This document shows, piece by piece, positions 9,644 to 18,053 of a DNA stretch of 22,263 nucleotides. Made by a program: the position numbers and the translations under genes. The notes under the pieces were generated by a model, which saw only the letters and a program-made list of their open reading frames with translations, had not been told where the DNA came from and did not search any database. The stretch is from Candidatus Heimdallarchaeota archaeon. Its GTDB lineage: Archaea; Asgardarchaeota; Wukongarchaeia; Wukongarchaeales; JBHIFL01. The DNA lies in NCBI GenBank assembly GCA_046761065.1, contig JBHIFL010000063.1, forward strand, positions 1 through 22,263. Reading direction: 5' to 3'. Positions within the stretch are counted from its first letter, which is position 1. Each line of letters starts with the position of its first letter.

Positions 9644-10384
9644 GTGAGAATTCTTTATTTGGTTCCTGGCCAAATGCCTGAACAAGAACAAAAACGCCGG
9701 GAACAGATTGCGCAAACTTTTGTGACAAATCCCGCTACCGAAGTACGAGTTGAAGCTGTTGAAAGGGGGCCATTATCGATAGAATCAGCAATTGAAGATT
9801 ATATGGCCGTTCCAGAGATCCTGAAGAAACTCCTCGGCGTTCAGAAAACATATGATGCCGCAATTATCGGATGTTTTGGAGATCCCGGGCTTAGACCCGC
9901 ACGAGAGCTGGTAGAAATCCCTGTTATTGGCCCTTCTGAAGCCTCTGTCTCATTTGCTTCGATGATTGGCGATACCTTCAGTATTTTGACTGTCCTTGAC
10001 TCAGTGGTTCCACTAATGGAAGCCCAAATGCGAGAGATGGGGGCGGATTCCCGTTGCAAATCGATCCGGACTCTAAACATTCCTGTCTTGGAATTGGCGA
10101 CTGACAAGGAGAGAACCCTTCAAGTCATGATTGATCTTGCAAAACAAATGACCCGTGAAGATCGACCAGCTAGTATCATTTTAGGGTGTATGAGTGAAGC
10201 ATTTCTGCTCTTTGATGAAAAAATGCAACCCTCAATTGATGTGCCTATTATTAATCCAGCTAAAGTTTGCATAAAGACTGCTGAAATGTTTTCCTCACTC
10301 AAAATGACTCATAGCAAGGCATCATATCCCGCTCCCAACTTAGAAAAGTTTTACGAAGCGGGTCTCCTCCGACCCCCGCTCTAG
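9644..10384 (+). CDS. Asp/Glu/hydantoin racemase family protein
   Basis: Two catalytic Cys motifs, IIGCFGDPGL and IILGCMS, plus GPLSIES and IPVIGP. GGTGA ribosome-binding site before the GTG at 9644. Confidence 0.9.
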   Translation: MRILYLVPGQMPEQEQKRREQIAQTFVTNPATEVRVEAVERGPLSIESAIEDYMAVPEILKKLLGVQKTYDAAIIGCFGDPGLRPARELVEIPVIGPSEASVSFASMIGDTFSILTVLDSVVPLMEAQMREMGADSRCKSIRTLNIPVLELATDKERTLQVMIDLAKQMTREDRPASIILGCMSEAFLLFDEKMQPSIDVPIINPAKVCIKTAEMFSSLKMTHSKASYPAPNLEKFYEAGLLRPPL

Positions 10385-10545
10385 TCTAGTTGATAACCCT
10401 GTACAAGATACCCCACATATGATGTGCATCTGTGTTATGGGGCTTCATACCCCTCAATAGTTACCCAGTTGTGTTAATATATCCAGTTACTTAAGTAGAA
10501 ACGACACACACATTCTACGCTTCTTCTTCTCCTTTACTTTTCCTC

Positions 10546-10558
10546 AAAAAAAGGGTAG
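10546..10558 (-). terminator. Oligo-T terminator of the dipeptidase gene
   Basis: CTACCCTTTTTTT on the minus strand, 28 nt after the stop codon. Confidence 0.6.
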
Positions 10559-10586
10559 AATGGAGAAGTAGCTCGATGCTCCAGAC

Positions 10587-11798
10587 TCAGAGTCCCCAAG
10601 CTGCCTTCAGGACCCGCAGCGCATTCTCCCCTATGACTTTCTTAATCTCCTCATTGGAGTATCCGTGCTTAACCAACCATCTGACGATGTTAGGGAAGCA
10701 TTCGGAAGGATTTTCGGCACCTTTAACATACTCTGACTCTTCTGGCTGCTCTTGATCCCGAACTTGGAACCGACTCATGGACAAGTGCGCAGCAAAGACA
10801 TGATGAAGGCCGACATGGTCGCCATACAAGGTGTCTGGGCCAAAACCCACATGTTCCAGACCCATCAACTCTACACAATGCTCAAAATGTTCCATAATGG
10901 CTTCTATACCATGTTCAGGATGTTTTTTCGTTAATGTGGTATGGGGGGCTGCCTCTACACCAATAATACCGCCTTTTTCGGCGAGGGCTTGGAGAACTTC
11001 ATCGGGCTTCATCCGTGGGGTATCCCAGAGCGCCCTTGCTCCGGCATGACTCATGAAAATTGGAGTTTTACTAGCTTCGATCACATCAAGACTAGACTGA
11101 TCCCCCGCGTGACTGATGTCAATAGCAACACCAAGTTTATTCATTCTATCAACTGCTTCGTGCCCTAGAGCCGTTAATCCACCATCTTGATTCTCTCTCA
11201 TGCCCGAACCAAGCATATTGGATTCACTATAGCATATTCCCATCGAACGAATTCCTAAACCGTAAAGTACATCGATACGATCAATTTCATTCTCAATAGG
11301 GGACAAAGATTCAAGTGTTAGGACTAGGGCGCATTTACCGGCCTCATGAGCATTGAGGATGTCCTCTACCCGCTCAGCTCGTATAACAAAATCTTGGTGC
11401 GCAATGTCAGAAAGTCGCATCCCGATATCAAAAACAATATCGTTCCATTTCCAACCATGCTTCGAGGTAATAGTGGCGATACCATCCATTAAATTGTCGA
11501 AGACTGCATCTAGGTGTGACACACTCAACCCTTCGTATGCTGTGAACCATCTCCCCTGCCTGTTGTATTCGAAAACATGGTGAATATCGGCAGGAAACAA
11601 AACTGGGTGGTCATGCGTTGAAATCACTATAGACTCCTTGAGGAGTTGTTGGACAAGTTCCTCCTCCGATTCGTTCACTGGATAAACATAAGGCTCCACA
11701 CGACCAATCTCCTTAGCCAACTCGAACGTTACATAATCAACACCGGGCTCAAGATATTGAAATGACTTATAGCCTGCATATTCTTTGTTACTGCCCAT
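10587..11798 (-). CDS. Membrane dipeptidase (peptidase M19, amidohydrolase superfamily)
   Basis: THDH, LTLES, DISH, MSHAG, GFGPD and GENALRV metal/catalytic motifs. GGTGA ribosome-binding site before the ATG at 11798. Confidence 0.92.
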   Translation of the reverse strand: MGSNKEYAGYKSFQYLEPGVDYVTFELAKEIGRVEPYVYPVNESEEELVQQLLKESIVISTHDHPVLFPADIHHVFEYNRQGRWFTAYEGLSVSHLDAVFDNLMDGIATITSKHGWKWNDIVFDIGMRLSDIAHQDFVIRAERVEDILNAHEAGKCALVLTLESLSPIENEIDRIDVLYGLGIRSMGICYSESNMLGSGMRENQDGGLTALGHEAVDRMNKLGVAIDISHAGDQSSLDVIEASKTPIFMSHAGARALWDTPRMKPDEVLQALAEKGGIIGVEAAPHTTLTKKHPEHGIEAIMEHFEHCVELMGLEHVGFGPDTLYGDHVGLHHVFAAHLSMSRFQVRDQEQPEESEYVKGAENPSECFPNIVRWLVKHGYSNEEIKKVIGENALRVLKAAWGL

Positions 11799-11902
11799 TT
11801 GAATCACCCATTTGTTCAGAATATTAGTTTCTATGTCAAATATTTTTCGAGTTTCGTGAAGGTCTCCCAAAAATGTATTAAGCGTTGTTGATATAGAGAG
11901 GT

Positions 11903-13807
11903 CTACTGAGGTAATCGTCCATATTCCTTAAGCCGGTTAGCCACTTCCATTAGATCTAGGGCTTCCAAGGTTTTCTGTGTGGGCCAGCCTGTCTTCGGGT
12001 CCCACCCATGCCAAATATAATATGCATCTAACAACTTGTCCCATTTTGTTTTATCAATCCACTGGGCTTCTCCATCCACGATTATTGGTTCTTCGATAAA
12101 TCGCCATGGGGGATAATCGGCTTGTCGTGTCCACCCCGCATGTAAAACATTGAAGGCCTTTTCTACGGTATGAATCCTCTCACCAATTTGGAGTAGGTCC
12201 GGCACTTGAATAGATTCTCCAATGGCTGCGGACAAAAGGCTTGCACAGTCCCCAGGCATCAGCATGTCTGTTGTTAGGCTGTTAAAAAAGAAGCATATTC
12301 CAAGGGCATCAAGTACAGCCTCAAATCGTTCATAAAATCCCACTACTTTCTCTTTGTTGGTATATGAGTTCATTGGGCCAATAGAAGGGATCTCAAATAA
12401 CTGTAAACTCTGTTCTCGGGACAGGTGTTGAAGTCGAGATTCGATTGCCGCGCCCCGGGTGTGGGTTCCTCCCCGTGCTGCAACCATTGTGCCAAGAGCC
12501 CACGATTTGGAGTGCCATAAGCATTCCATGAGGTCCTGCCCCTTCACATGAATGGCATATCGATCTGTTCCTCGCCCAATAATCTCCGCTGCCTTTTTAC
12601 TTCCCTCTGCCAGTAGATCTCCGAACCCTTCTCTTTTTGAGATTTTATTAAGTAGATCGAGTATAACTTGCGCATTTCCCCATTCAAGAGGAATTCCCCC
12701 GGTATCCTCTTCGGTGAGAAGGCCTCGTTGATAGCATTCAAAGGCCCAAGCCAGAACTCCGGTTACATTATCACAATCCAAGCCCAGATCATTAGAGAGT
12801 GCATGGGCCTCTAGGATGACTTTTGCATCACACAGGTCCAACTTTGCTCCAAAATCATGAAGATCGTTACCTTGAAGGGCTTCTGAGATCACCTGGCTCC
12901 CGTCTTCTTTTTTTTCAAACTCGTAGACGCCCCAACATTGAATGGGGCAACCATGGCACCCTTTCTTGGATGTCCGGTATTGCAGGAATACCTCTGGGTA
13001 TACATTCTGGGTCTTGTCGAGATTAGGAACACCTCCCTGAAAGTTTCGATATGGGCTTTCCTCCCCCCACGGCGCATCATAGCAGTAGACCCCATATTTC
13101 AGTCGCCTTTGGCTGAACTCGCTAGCCATCACTTTCTTCATGATGTCGTTGATTGCCTCCTTGAAAGCGTTTTCATCCGCCACCTGAATTGATTGGCTGC
13201 CCCGGACAGCAATAGCTTTCAGGTTCTTAGAACCCATGATAGCCCCAAGACCGCATCGGCCTGCCGCCCGTGCTTGATTGACCATGATGCAAGCAGACCT
13301 CACCAAATGTTCTCCCGCTGGCCCGATAACCAGGATCTGAATATTCTCACCTAGCTCTTTTCGAATCAAGGTCTCTGTCTCAGAGACCGGACGGCCCACT
13401 AGATGTGTGGCATCGCGAAGTTCGATTGTTCCGTCGTCTATCCATAGATAGGATAGATCCTTGCATTTTCCTGTGACTAGGATGTGACTGATCCCTGCAG
13501 CTCGTAACTCTGGGGCAAAATCACCTCCTACATTACTGGATCCAATGCCATCCGTCAAGGCATTCTTTGAATCAATGTTCAAACGGACTGCTCCGGGTGT
13601 GGTGGTACCAGCAAGCAATCCTGCTCCAAAAATGATTACATTGGCGGGATCATAAGGGGAAATGTCGATAGGACATTCTTTGAAGAGGAGGTATTGGTTA
13701 ATACCTCGGCCCCCTAAGAATCGTGGATAATACTCCTTTATGGATTCAAAGGAGATTTTGGAGCGGATCAAATCGACTCGAAGAATCATCCCATCTAATA
13801 GATCCAT
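11903..13807 (-). CDS. aor: Tungsten-dependent aldehyde:ferredoxin oxidoreductase family protein
   Basis: FLGGRG, IGPAGE, AAGRCGLGAIMGSKNLKAI, CxxCxxxC (CHGCPIQC) plus a distal Cys in DALGIC, NDLGLD and GWD..TGWP. GAGGTGA ribosome-binding site. Confidence 0.93.
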   Translation of the reverse strand: MDLLDGMILRVDLIRSKISFESIKEYYPRFLGGRGINQYLLFKECPIDISPYDPANVIIFGAGLLAGTTTPGAVRLNIDSKNALTDGIGSSNVGGDFAPELRAAGISHILVTGKCKDLSYLWIDDGTIELRDATHLVGRPVSETETLIRKELGENIQILVIGPAGEHLVRSACIMVNQARAAGRCGLGAIMGSKNLKAIAVRGSQSIQVADENAFKEAINDIMKKVMASEFSQRRLKYGVYCYDAPWGEESPYRNFQGGVPNLDKTQNVYPEVFLQYRTSKKGCHGCPIQCWGVYEFEKKEDGSQVISEALQGNDLHDFGAKLDLCDAKVILEAHALSNDLGLDCDNVTGVLAWAFECYQRGLLTEEDTGGIPLEWGNAQVILDLLNKISKREGFGDLLAEGSKKAAEIIGRGTDRYAIHVKGQDLMECLWHSKSWALGTMVAARGGTHTRGAAIESRLQHLSREQSLQLFEIPSIGPMNSYTNKEKVVGFYERFEAVLDALGICFFFNSLTTDMLMPGDCASLLSAAIGESIQVPDLLQIGERIHTVEKAFNVLHAGWTRQADYPPWRFIEEPIIVDGEAQWIDKTKWDKLLDAYYIWHGWDPKTGWPTQKTLEALDLMEVANRLKEYGRLPQ

Positions 13808-13843
13808 TCATTCACCTCGAGTTTTTTAATAAGGGGTGAAATC

Positions 13844-13857
13844 ATTGCATGTGCAAT
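13844..13857. promoter_or_regulatory. Candidate operator palindrome upstream of aor
   Basis: ATTGCA-TG-TGCAAT perfect inverted repeat, 37-50 nt upstream of the aor start. Confidence 0.35.
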
Positions 13858-14007
13858 CCAGGGTATTCAAGACACGTGGGATTCATTCTAGATCTTCTTC
13901 GACTTAGCTATATTAGAGTTCAAAGACAAAAATTACTGTTATCACAGAAACCGAGCCATCAGTTTAAACTCCGGTATATACATTTTCACCTGGGATTCTT
14001 GTCTGTT

Positions 14008-14406
14008 CTAGCTCATGAAGTCGATGATCTCGAAAGCTTCTTTTATTTCCGGTTTGATCAGTAAGTAAAGAATAATCACATCAAGGATGAGCAAGATGAA
14101 TCCTAAGGGGAGTAGTAGGATAGCAAGGAGGAAAAATATGATTGTAAAAATCCTTGCGACCTGAAAACACCATTTCTTCATCGTCCAGAGCCCCACTCCG
14201 ACAATAATTGCACCAAATCCTAGAAGAAATATTATAACCAGAAAAGTCCAACTGATCCCTCCATCTCCATTGCTTGTTAACTCCTTACGGAGATTCAGGA
14301 GAGCAAGTCCGATGAGAATAACAATAATTCCGCTACTAGTTTGTAAGATCGCAGTAATGGAGACTCCAGTTGGTTGTTTAATTTTAGTCATTGATTGTTT
14401 CGTCAA
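14008..14406 (-). CDS. Small membrane protein (about 4 TM helices), unknown function
   Basis: PTGVSITAIL...GVGLWTMKKW...YLLIKPEIKEAF pattern resembling small archaeal membrane proteins. The start is uncertain (14421, 14406 after GGAGG, or 14391). Confidence 0.75.
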   Translation of the reverse strand: MTKQSMTKIKQPTGVSITAILQTSSGIIVILIGLALLNLRKELTSNGDGGISWTFLVIIFLLGFGAIIVGVGLWTMKKWCFQVARIFTIIFFLLAILLLPLGFILLILDVIILYLLIKPEIKEAFEIIDFMS

Positions 14407-14587
14407 ATATATTTCCTCCACAACCGAGTGTGACGCATTTTAGATCCATTGTGACTTTTTCTGGGCAGTTTAGGCTATTTTGTCATAATTTTCTTTAACA
14501 ATCAAGTCTTTTAAGAGAAGTAAATTTTTACCAAGCAGTTTTTACTTTTCCTACGACATACTTCTATTTAAAAGCGTTATGAAAGGT

Positions 14588-14757
14588 TCTGTTTGGCTAA
14601 TGGACATCTTTTCCTCATTTACGGATGTTAAAAGGAGTGAAAACATCCTAAGTGGTGTAATCACGCATCATGGATTTCAATGACCACTTATTTGATGGAC
14701 TAACTTCAAAGATATTGTTTAAGTTTAAAGAATAAATTATCAAATAGGCCAAACAGA
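14588..14757. ncRNA. Candidate structured RNA or MITE-like element
   Basis: A 10-bp closing inverted repeat plus three abutting 7-8 bp internal stems in a 590-nt intergenic gap. No family recognised. Confidence 0.35.
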
Positions 14758-15010
14758 TGTCAAATTTTCCTCATGTCAATTTAAATCTGGGGAGTCCCAA
14801 TCTTTGTTGGTATTCTGCTAAAAATATTGATTTCTGTAGATGGATGTGCCTTACTGAATTAACATTGGCACCTACAACGAAATAATCGGATCGTCACCGG
14901 ATTGATTCTTCAAATTTAACACAAACTAACAAATCATACAAATACAAATTATAATCAAGAACTTCTCCTCTCTTACTCCAACTTGGTTGATAGGCATTTT
15001 GGCAGTTCAG

Positions 15011-16093
15011 CTAGCTTAGTTGTGATTTGTCCAAAGTTATTCCAAGGCCGATGTCCTCTGAGACGCTAACTTTAGGGCTTTGTTTTAAGATAGGGGTAAC
15101 AGGCTGGGTTGTTAATATCCAACTGCCGATTTCTAGGGCTGAATGTAAGTTTGGGGTAACAACAGCTAGGTTAACCCAGACCCGCTCGTCTAATGATGTA
15201 CCCAACGCGCTGATCATGGTCACATCTGTCTTAAACTCTCGTGCCATATCAGCCATAAGCTTAATTTGGGTGGGCCCCCCCGCTTTGGCCATTTTAAGAC
15301 AAAGACCATCTACAATCTCGTTAACTAACAGATTCATTGCATCTTTTGGTGTATGACAACTCTCATCGGCAAAGATTGGTGTATTAAATTCTTGACTGAG
15401 CTTTTTCAAATCAGATAAGTTCTCTCTGGCCACCGGTTGCTCGACATATTCGATTAATTCCTCTTTATCGAGCCTTGTCAAGACTTTGCTTGCTGTTTCA
15501 TAATTCTTCCAACCACAATTGGCGTCGACTCGTACCTTACAGTCTGGAGTCATGATTTCGAGAACACGCATGATCCGCTCTAAATCCTCTTCGACCTGGC
15601 CATGAGCCTTTAGCTTAAAATATTTGAAACCTTTTTTAACCCCTTCTGCTGCACTTTCCGCTGCTTGGGTCGGTTCAATGGCCCCCACCGGGTAGATTGT
15701 ATCAACCTCGTTCCGCACTTTGAAGCCAAACAATTCATAAAAGGGAATTTTACGGAGCTTGCAGTAGAGATCTAACAAGGCGATTTCAACCCCGGCCCTA
15801 GCGCCTGGGTTCTCTTGAACTCGCTCGACCATCGCTCTAAGCAAGGGGAGTGCCTCTTGTACCTCCACTCCTATGAGTAGATCAACAAACTGTTGATCAA
15901 TCAGGGTTTTCATGGAGACGGGAGTTTCTCCTGTGAAAAGGGCAAGGCTTGTGCCCTCCCCATATCCAACTGCACCAGTAGAATCTGTAATCTCTACAAA
16001 AACATGACCTGTGGGCATGTGCTCTCCATACGAGGTGGGAAATGAAATGGTTAAAGGAATTTCCGCTGTATATGTTTCAATCTTCGTGATCAT
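15011..16093 (-). CDS. Enolase-superfamily enzyme, MLE subgroup (dipeptide epimerase / N-acyl amino acid racemase-like)
   Basis: GYGEG, KxK (FKLKA), metal ligands VDAN, EQP and ADES, and second lysine in LKMAKAGG. Confidence 0.9.
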   Translation of the reverse strand: MITKIETYTAEIPLTISFPTSYGEHMPTGHVFVEITDSTGAVGYGEGTSLALFTGETPVSMKTLIDQQFVDLLIGVEVQEALPLLRAMVERVQENPGARAGVEIALLDLYCKLRKIPFYELFGFKVRNEVDTIYPVGAIEPTQAAESAAEGVKKGFKYFKLKAHGQVEEDLERIMRVLEIMTPDCKVRVDANCGWKNYETASKVLTRLDKEELIEYVEQPVARENLSDLKKLSQEFNTPIFADESCHTPKDAMNLLVNEIVDGLCLKMAKAGGPTQIKLMADMAREFKTDVTMISALGTSLDERVWVNLAVVTPNLHSALEIGSWILTTQPVTPILKQSPKVSVSEDIGLGITLDKSQLS

Positions 16094-16142
16094 CGTGAGA
16101 TCAACCCCATTTATCAAGTAACTTGGTTCAAAATTAATTTTT

Positions 16143-16161
16143 AAAAAAGAAAAAAGGGTAG
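16143..16161 (-). terminator. Oligo-T terminator after the substrate-binding protein gene
   Basis: CTACCCTTTTTTCTTTTTT on the minus strand, 28 nt after the stop codon. Confidence 0.6.
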
Positions 16162-16189
16162 TGGTTACATTTGTTCCCTATAAACCAGG

Positions 16190-17923
16190 CTAGTTGACTT
16201 TTCGTCGCCATTGGCGTATCACTAAAGCTAGGGATGCAGTGACAACAGCCGTTCCTACTAGGCCTAGTGAGGTAAAGAATTCATTAACCGGAACCTCGCC
16301 CTCGGTCCAATACATGTTGTGCAGGGAATCCCAGAACACATATCGGCCATCTGGTAAGGTTCCCCATTTAGCTCCATCGACAGCCTTGAAAGTCTTTCGT
16401 ACTACATTGATGAACACTACGTCGTATAGTAAGATCTCTGGGACATCGTGTGATATCAGTGCTTCAGCTTCTTGTAGATATTGTCGCTGTTTTACGGGGT
16501 CTGCTTCAAGTCTCCAATTATCAAATGCTTTGTCGACATCCGGATTGTCATATTGGATGGAGTTGGCAAAGTACTGGCCTTTAATGATCCAGTCGGAATG
16601 GAATAGCTGGAGGGTCCAAAATGTCATGACCCAACGTTTATACAGCTGAAAGTCGAACTCAAAGTTTGATCCGAGTTCGAGCATTGTGGCAAAGTCGACG
16701 ACTTTGCGCTCGATAGTGAATCCAACAGCTTCAAGATCGTCTTCGATTATATCAGCAGCGAGAGCTTCCTCGGGTTCTCCACGGCGTGTCAAAAACTCTA
16801 ATTCAAGGCCAGCACGTACTCCTGACGCATCCGCTGGATAACCTGCCTCGTCCAAGAGTTCTTTGGCTTTATCAGGATTGTAGGTGTAGATAGTACGATC
16901 GGGACTTGGTGTGGTGATATCAGGAGTCCAGTAAGAATCAGTCACGGATCCGAGACCATTGGTGGCAGACGCTACAATGGAATCTCGATCGATAGCATAG
17001 GACATGGCCTGGCGTACTTTGACGTTGGATAAGACGGGGTGTTTCGTATTAATTGGCATGACCATTTTATAGGGTGGGCGGTTGTTCGTGTAGACGTTTA
17101 AGTTTTCATCGGCAACGAGGGTATCGTACGCTTCATATGGCATACCTCTGAAGACATAATCAGCTTCTCCAGTCTGAAACGCGGCTAAGACTGCTGAAGG
17201 TTCTGGAATAATTTTGATGACGATTTCATCTAGGTACGGAGCTGGGGCACCCCAGAAGTCATCAAAACGTTCCAACACAATGTGGGAGCCCTTCACCCAT
17301 TCTTTGAACTTGAACGGGCCAGTACCGATAGTTCTTTCCGGATCACCAGACCGGAATGTGTCGTCTAAGTATCCTTCCACATTGTCGCCAAGAATGTGTT
17401 CAGGGACAATAACCGTGTCTAACCCACCAAATAGTGTCATCTGAATTCCGGGATAAAAGGTTCCAGGGGTTATCTTCACGGTGTAGTCATCCAGGATTTC
17501 GACCACTGTATCTTTGAAGTACAAAGAGGAAAATATATCGTATTGCGCCATCTGTTCAAACGTGAACTTAACATCCTCGGCGTTGAATTCTTCCCCGTCA
17601 TGCCATTTCACACCTTCCCGGAGCTTGAAGGTATAACTACCTTCTGCCTCATTGATCTCTGGTAATTCTTTAGCCAAATTAGGGATAGTTGGTTCCATAT
17701 TATCATCGATTGCCAGCAGAGAGTTCCAGATCTGGCCAGCCACAAAACCAGGGGTCCACGACCCAGTGTATGGACTGACTACTCTAGGCTCTGAAATAAG
17801 TACCGCATTAAAAGTACCACCCTTTGGAATCTGTCCAGCGGTCTTGCAGACAGGAATCAGCAAGAACATACTCAGTACTAGTGTCACTGCAGCAATTCGA
17901 GACAATTTCACTTTTTTATTCAT
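16190..17923 (-). CDS. oppA: Peptide ABC transporter substrate-binding protein (family 5, OppA/DppA-like)
   Basis: Signal peptide, YTFKLREGVKWHDGEEFNAEDVKFT signature, IGTGPFK, VRQAMSYAIDR, and a C-terminal TM helix with basic tail. Confidence 0.95.
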   Translation of the reverse strand: MNKKVKLSRIAAVTLVLSMFLLIPVCKTAGQIPKGGTFNAVLISEPRVVSPYTGSWTPGFVAGQIWNSLLAIDDNMEPTIPNLAKELPEINEAEGSYTFKLREGVKWHDGEEFNAEDVKFTFEQMAQYDIFSSLYFKDTVVEILDDYTVKITPGTFYPGIQMTLFGGLDTVIVPEHILGDNVEGYLDDTFRSGDPERTIGTGPFKFKEWVKGSHIVLERFDDFWGAPAPYLDEIVIKIIPEPSAVLAAFQTGEADYVFRGMPYEAYDTLVADENLNVYTNNRPPYKMVMPINTKHPVLSNVKVRQAMSYAIDRDSIVASATNGLGSVTDSYWTPDITTPSPDRTIYTYNPDKAKELLDEAGYPADASGVRAGLELEFLTRRGEPEEALAADIIEDDLEAVGFTIERKVVDFATMLELGSNFEFDFQLYKRWVMTFWTLQLFHSDWIIKGQYFANSIQYDNPDVDKAFDNWRLEADPVKQRQYLQEAEALISHDVPEILLYDVVFINVVRKTFKAVDGAKWGTLPDGRYVFWDSLHNMYWTEGEVPVNEFFTSLGLVGTAVVTASLALVIRQWRRKVN

Positions 17924-17956
17924 TTAGATACACCTCATAAATAGTGCTGAAAAAAA

Positions 17957-17975
17957 GCTTTTATAAATATTTCTC
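17957..17975 (-). promoter_or_regulatory. BRE/TATA promoter of oppA
   Basis: GAGAAATA-TTTATAAA on the minus strand about 40 nt upstream of the ATG, with a GAGGTG ribosome-binding site at 17931-17936. Confidence 0.6.
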
Positions 17976-18053
17976 GCCTCCTTGGAGTACTAATTGGTTT
18001 CAATGATTGAGTTAAAAAGGGCATTAAAAGGTTTGAAAAGCCCGGTTACCGGC

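Noticed and set aside
13849-14064. 71-aa plus-strand ORF in the aor upstream region
   Set aside because: It overlaps the aor promoter region and the end of the membrane protein gene, and has no recognisable features.
14579-14683. 34-codon ORF MKGSVWLMDIFSS... inside the structured element
   Set aside because: It is short, has no ribosome-binding site or motif, and its length is expected by chance.
16194-16649. 151-aa plus-strand ORF and similar antisense ORFs (e.g. 3690-3974, 15027-15356, 19625-19966, 20574-20921)
   Set aside because: They lie wholly opposite well-supported genes and have no motifs, so they are codon-bias shadows.
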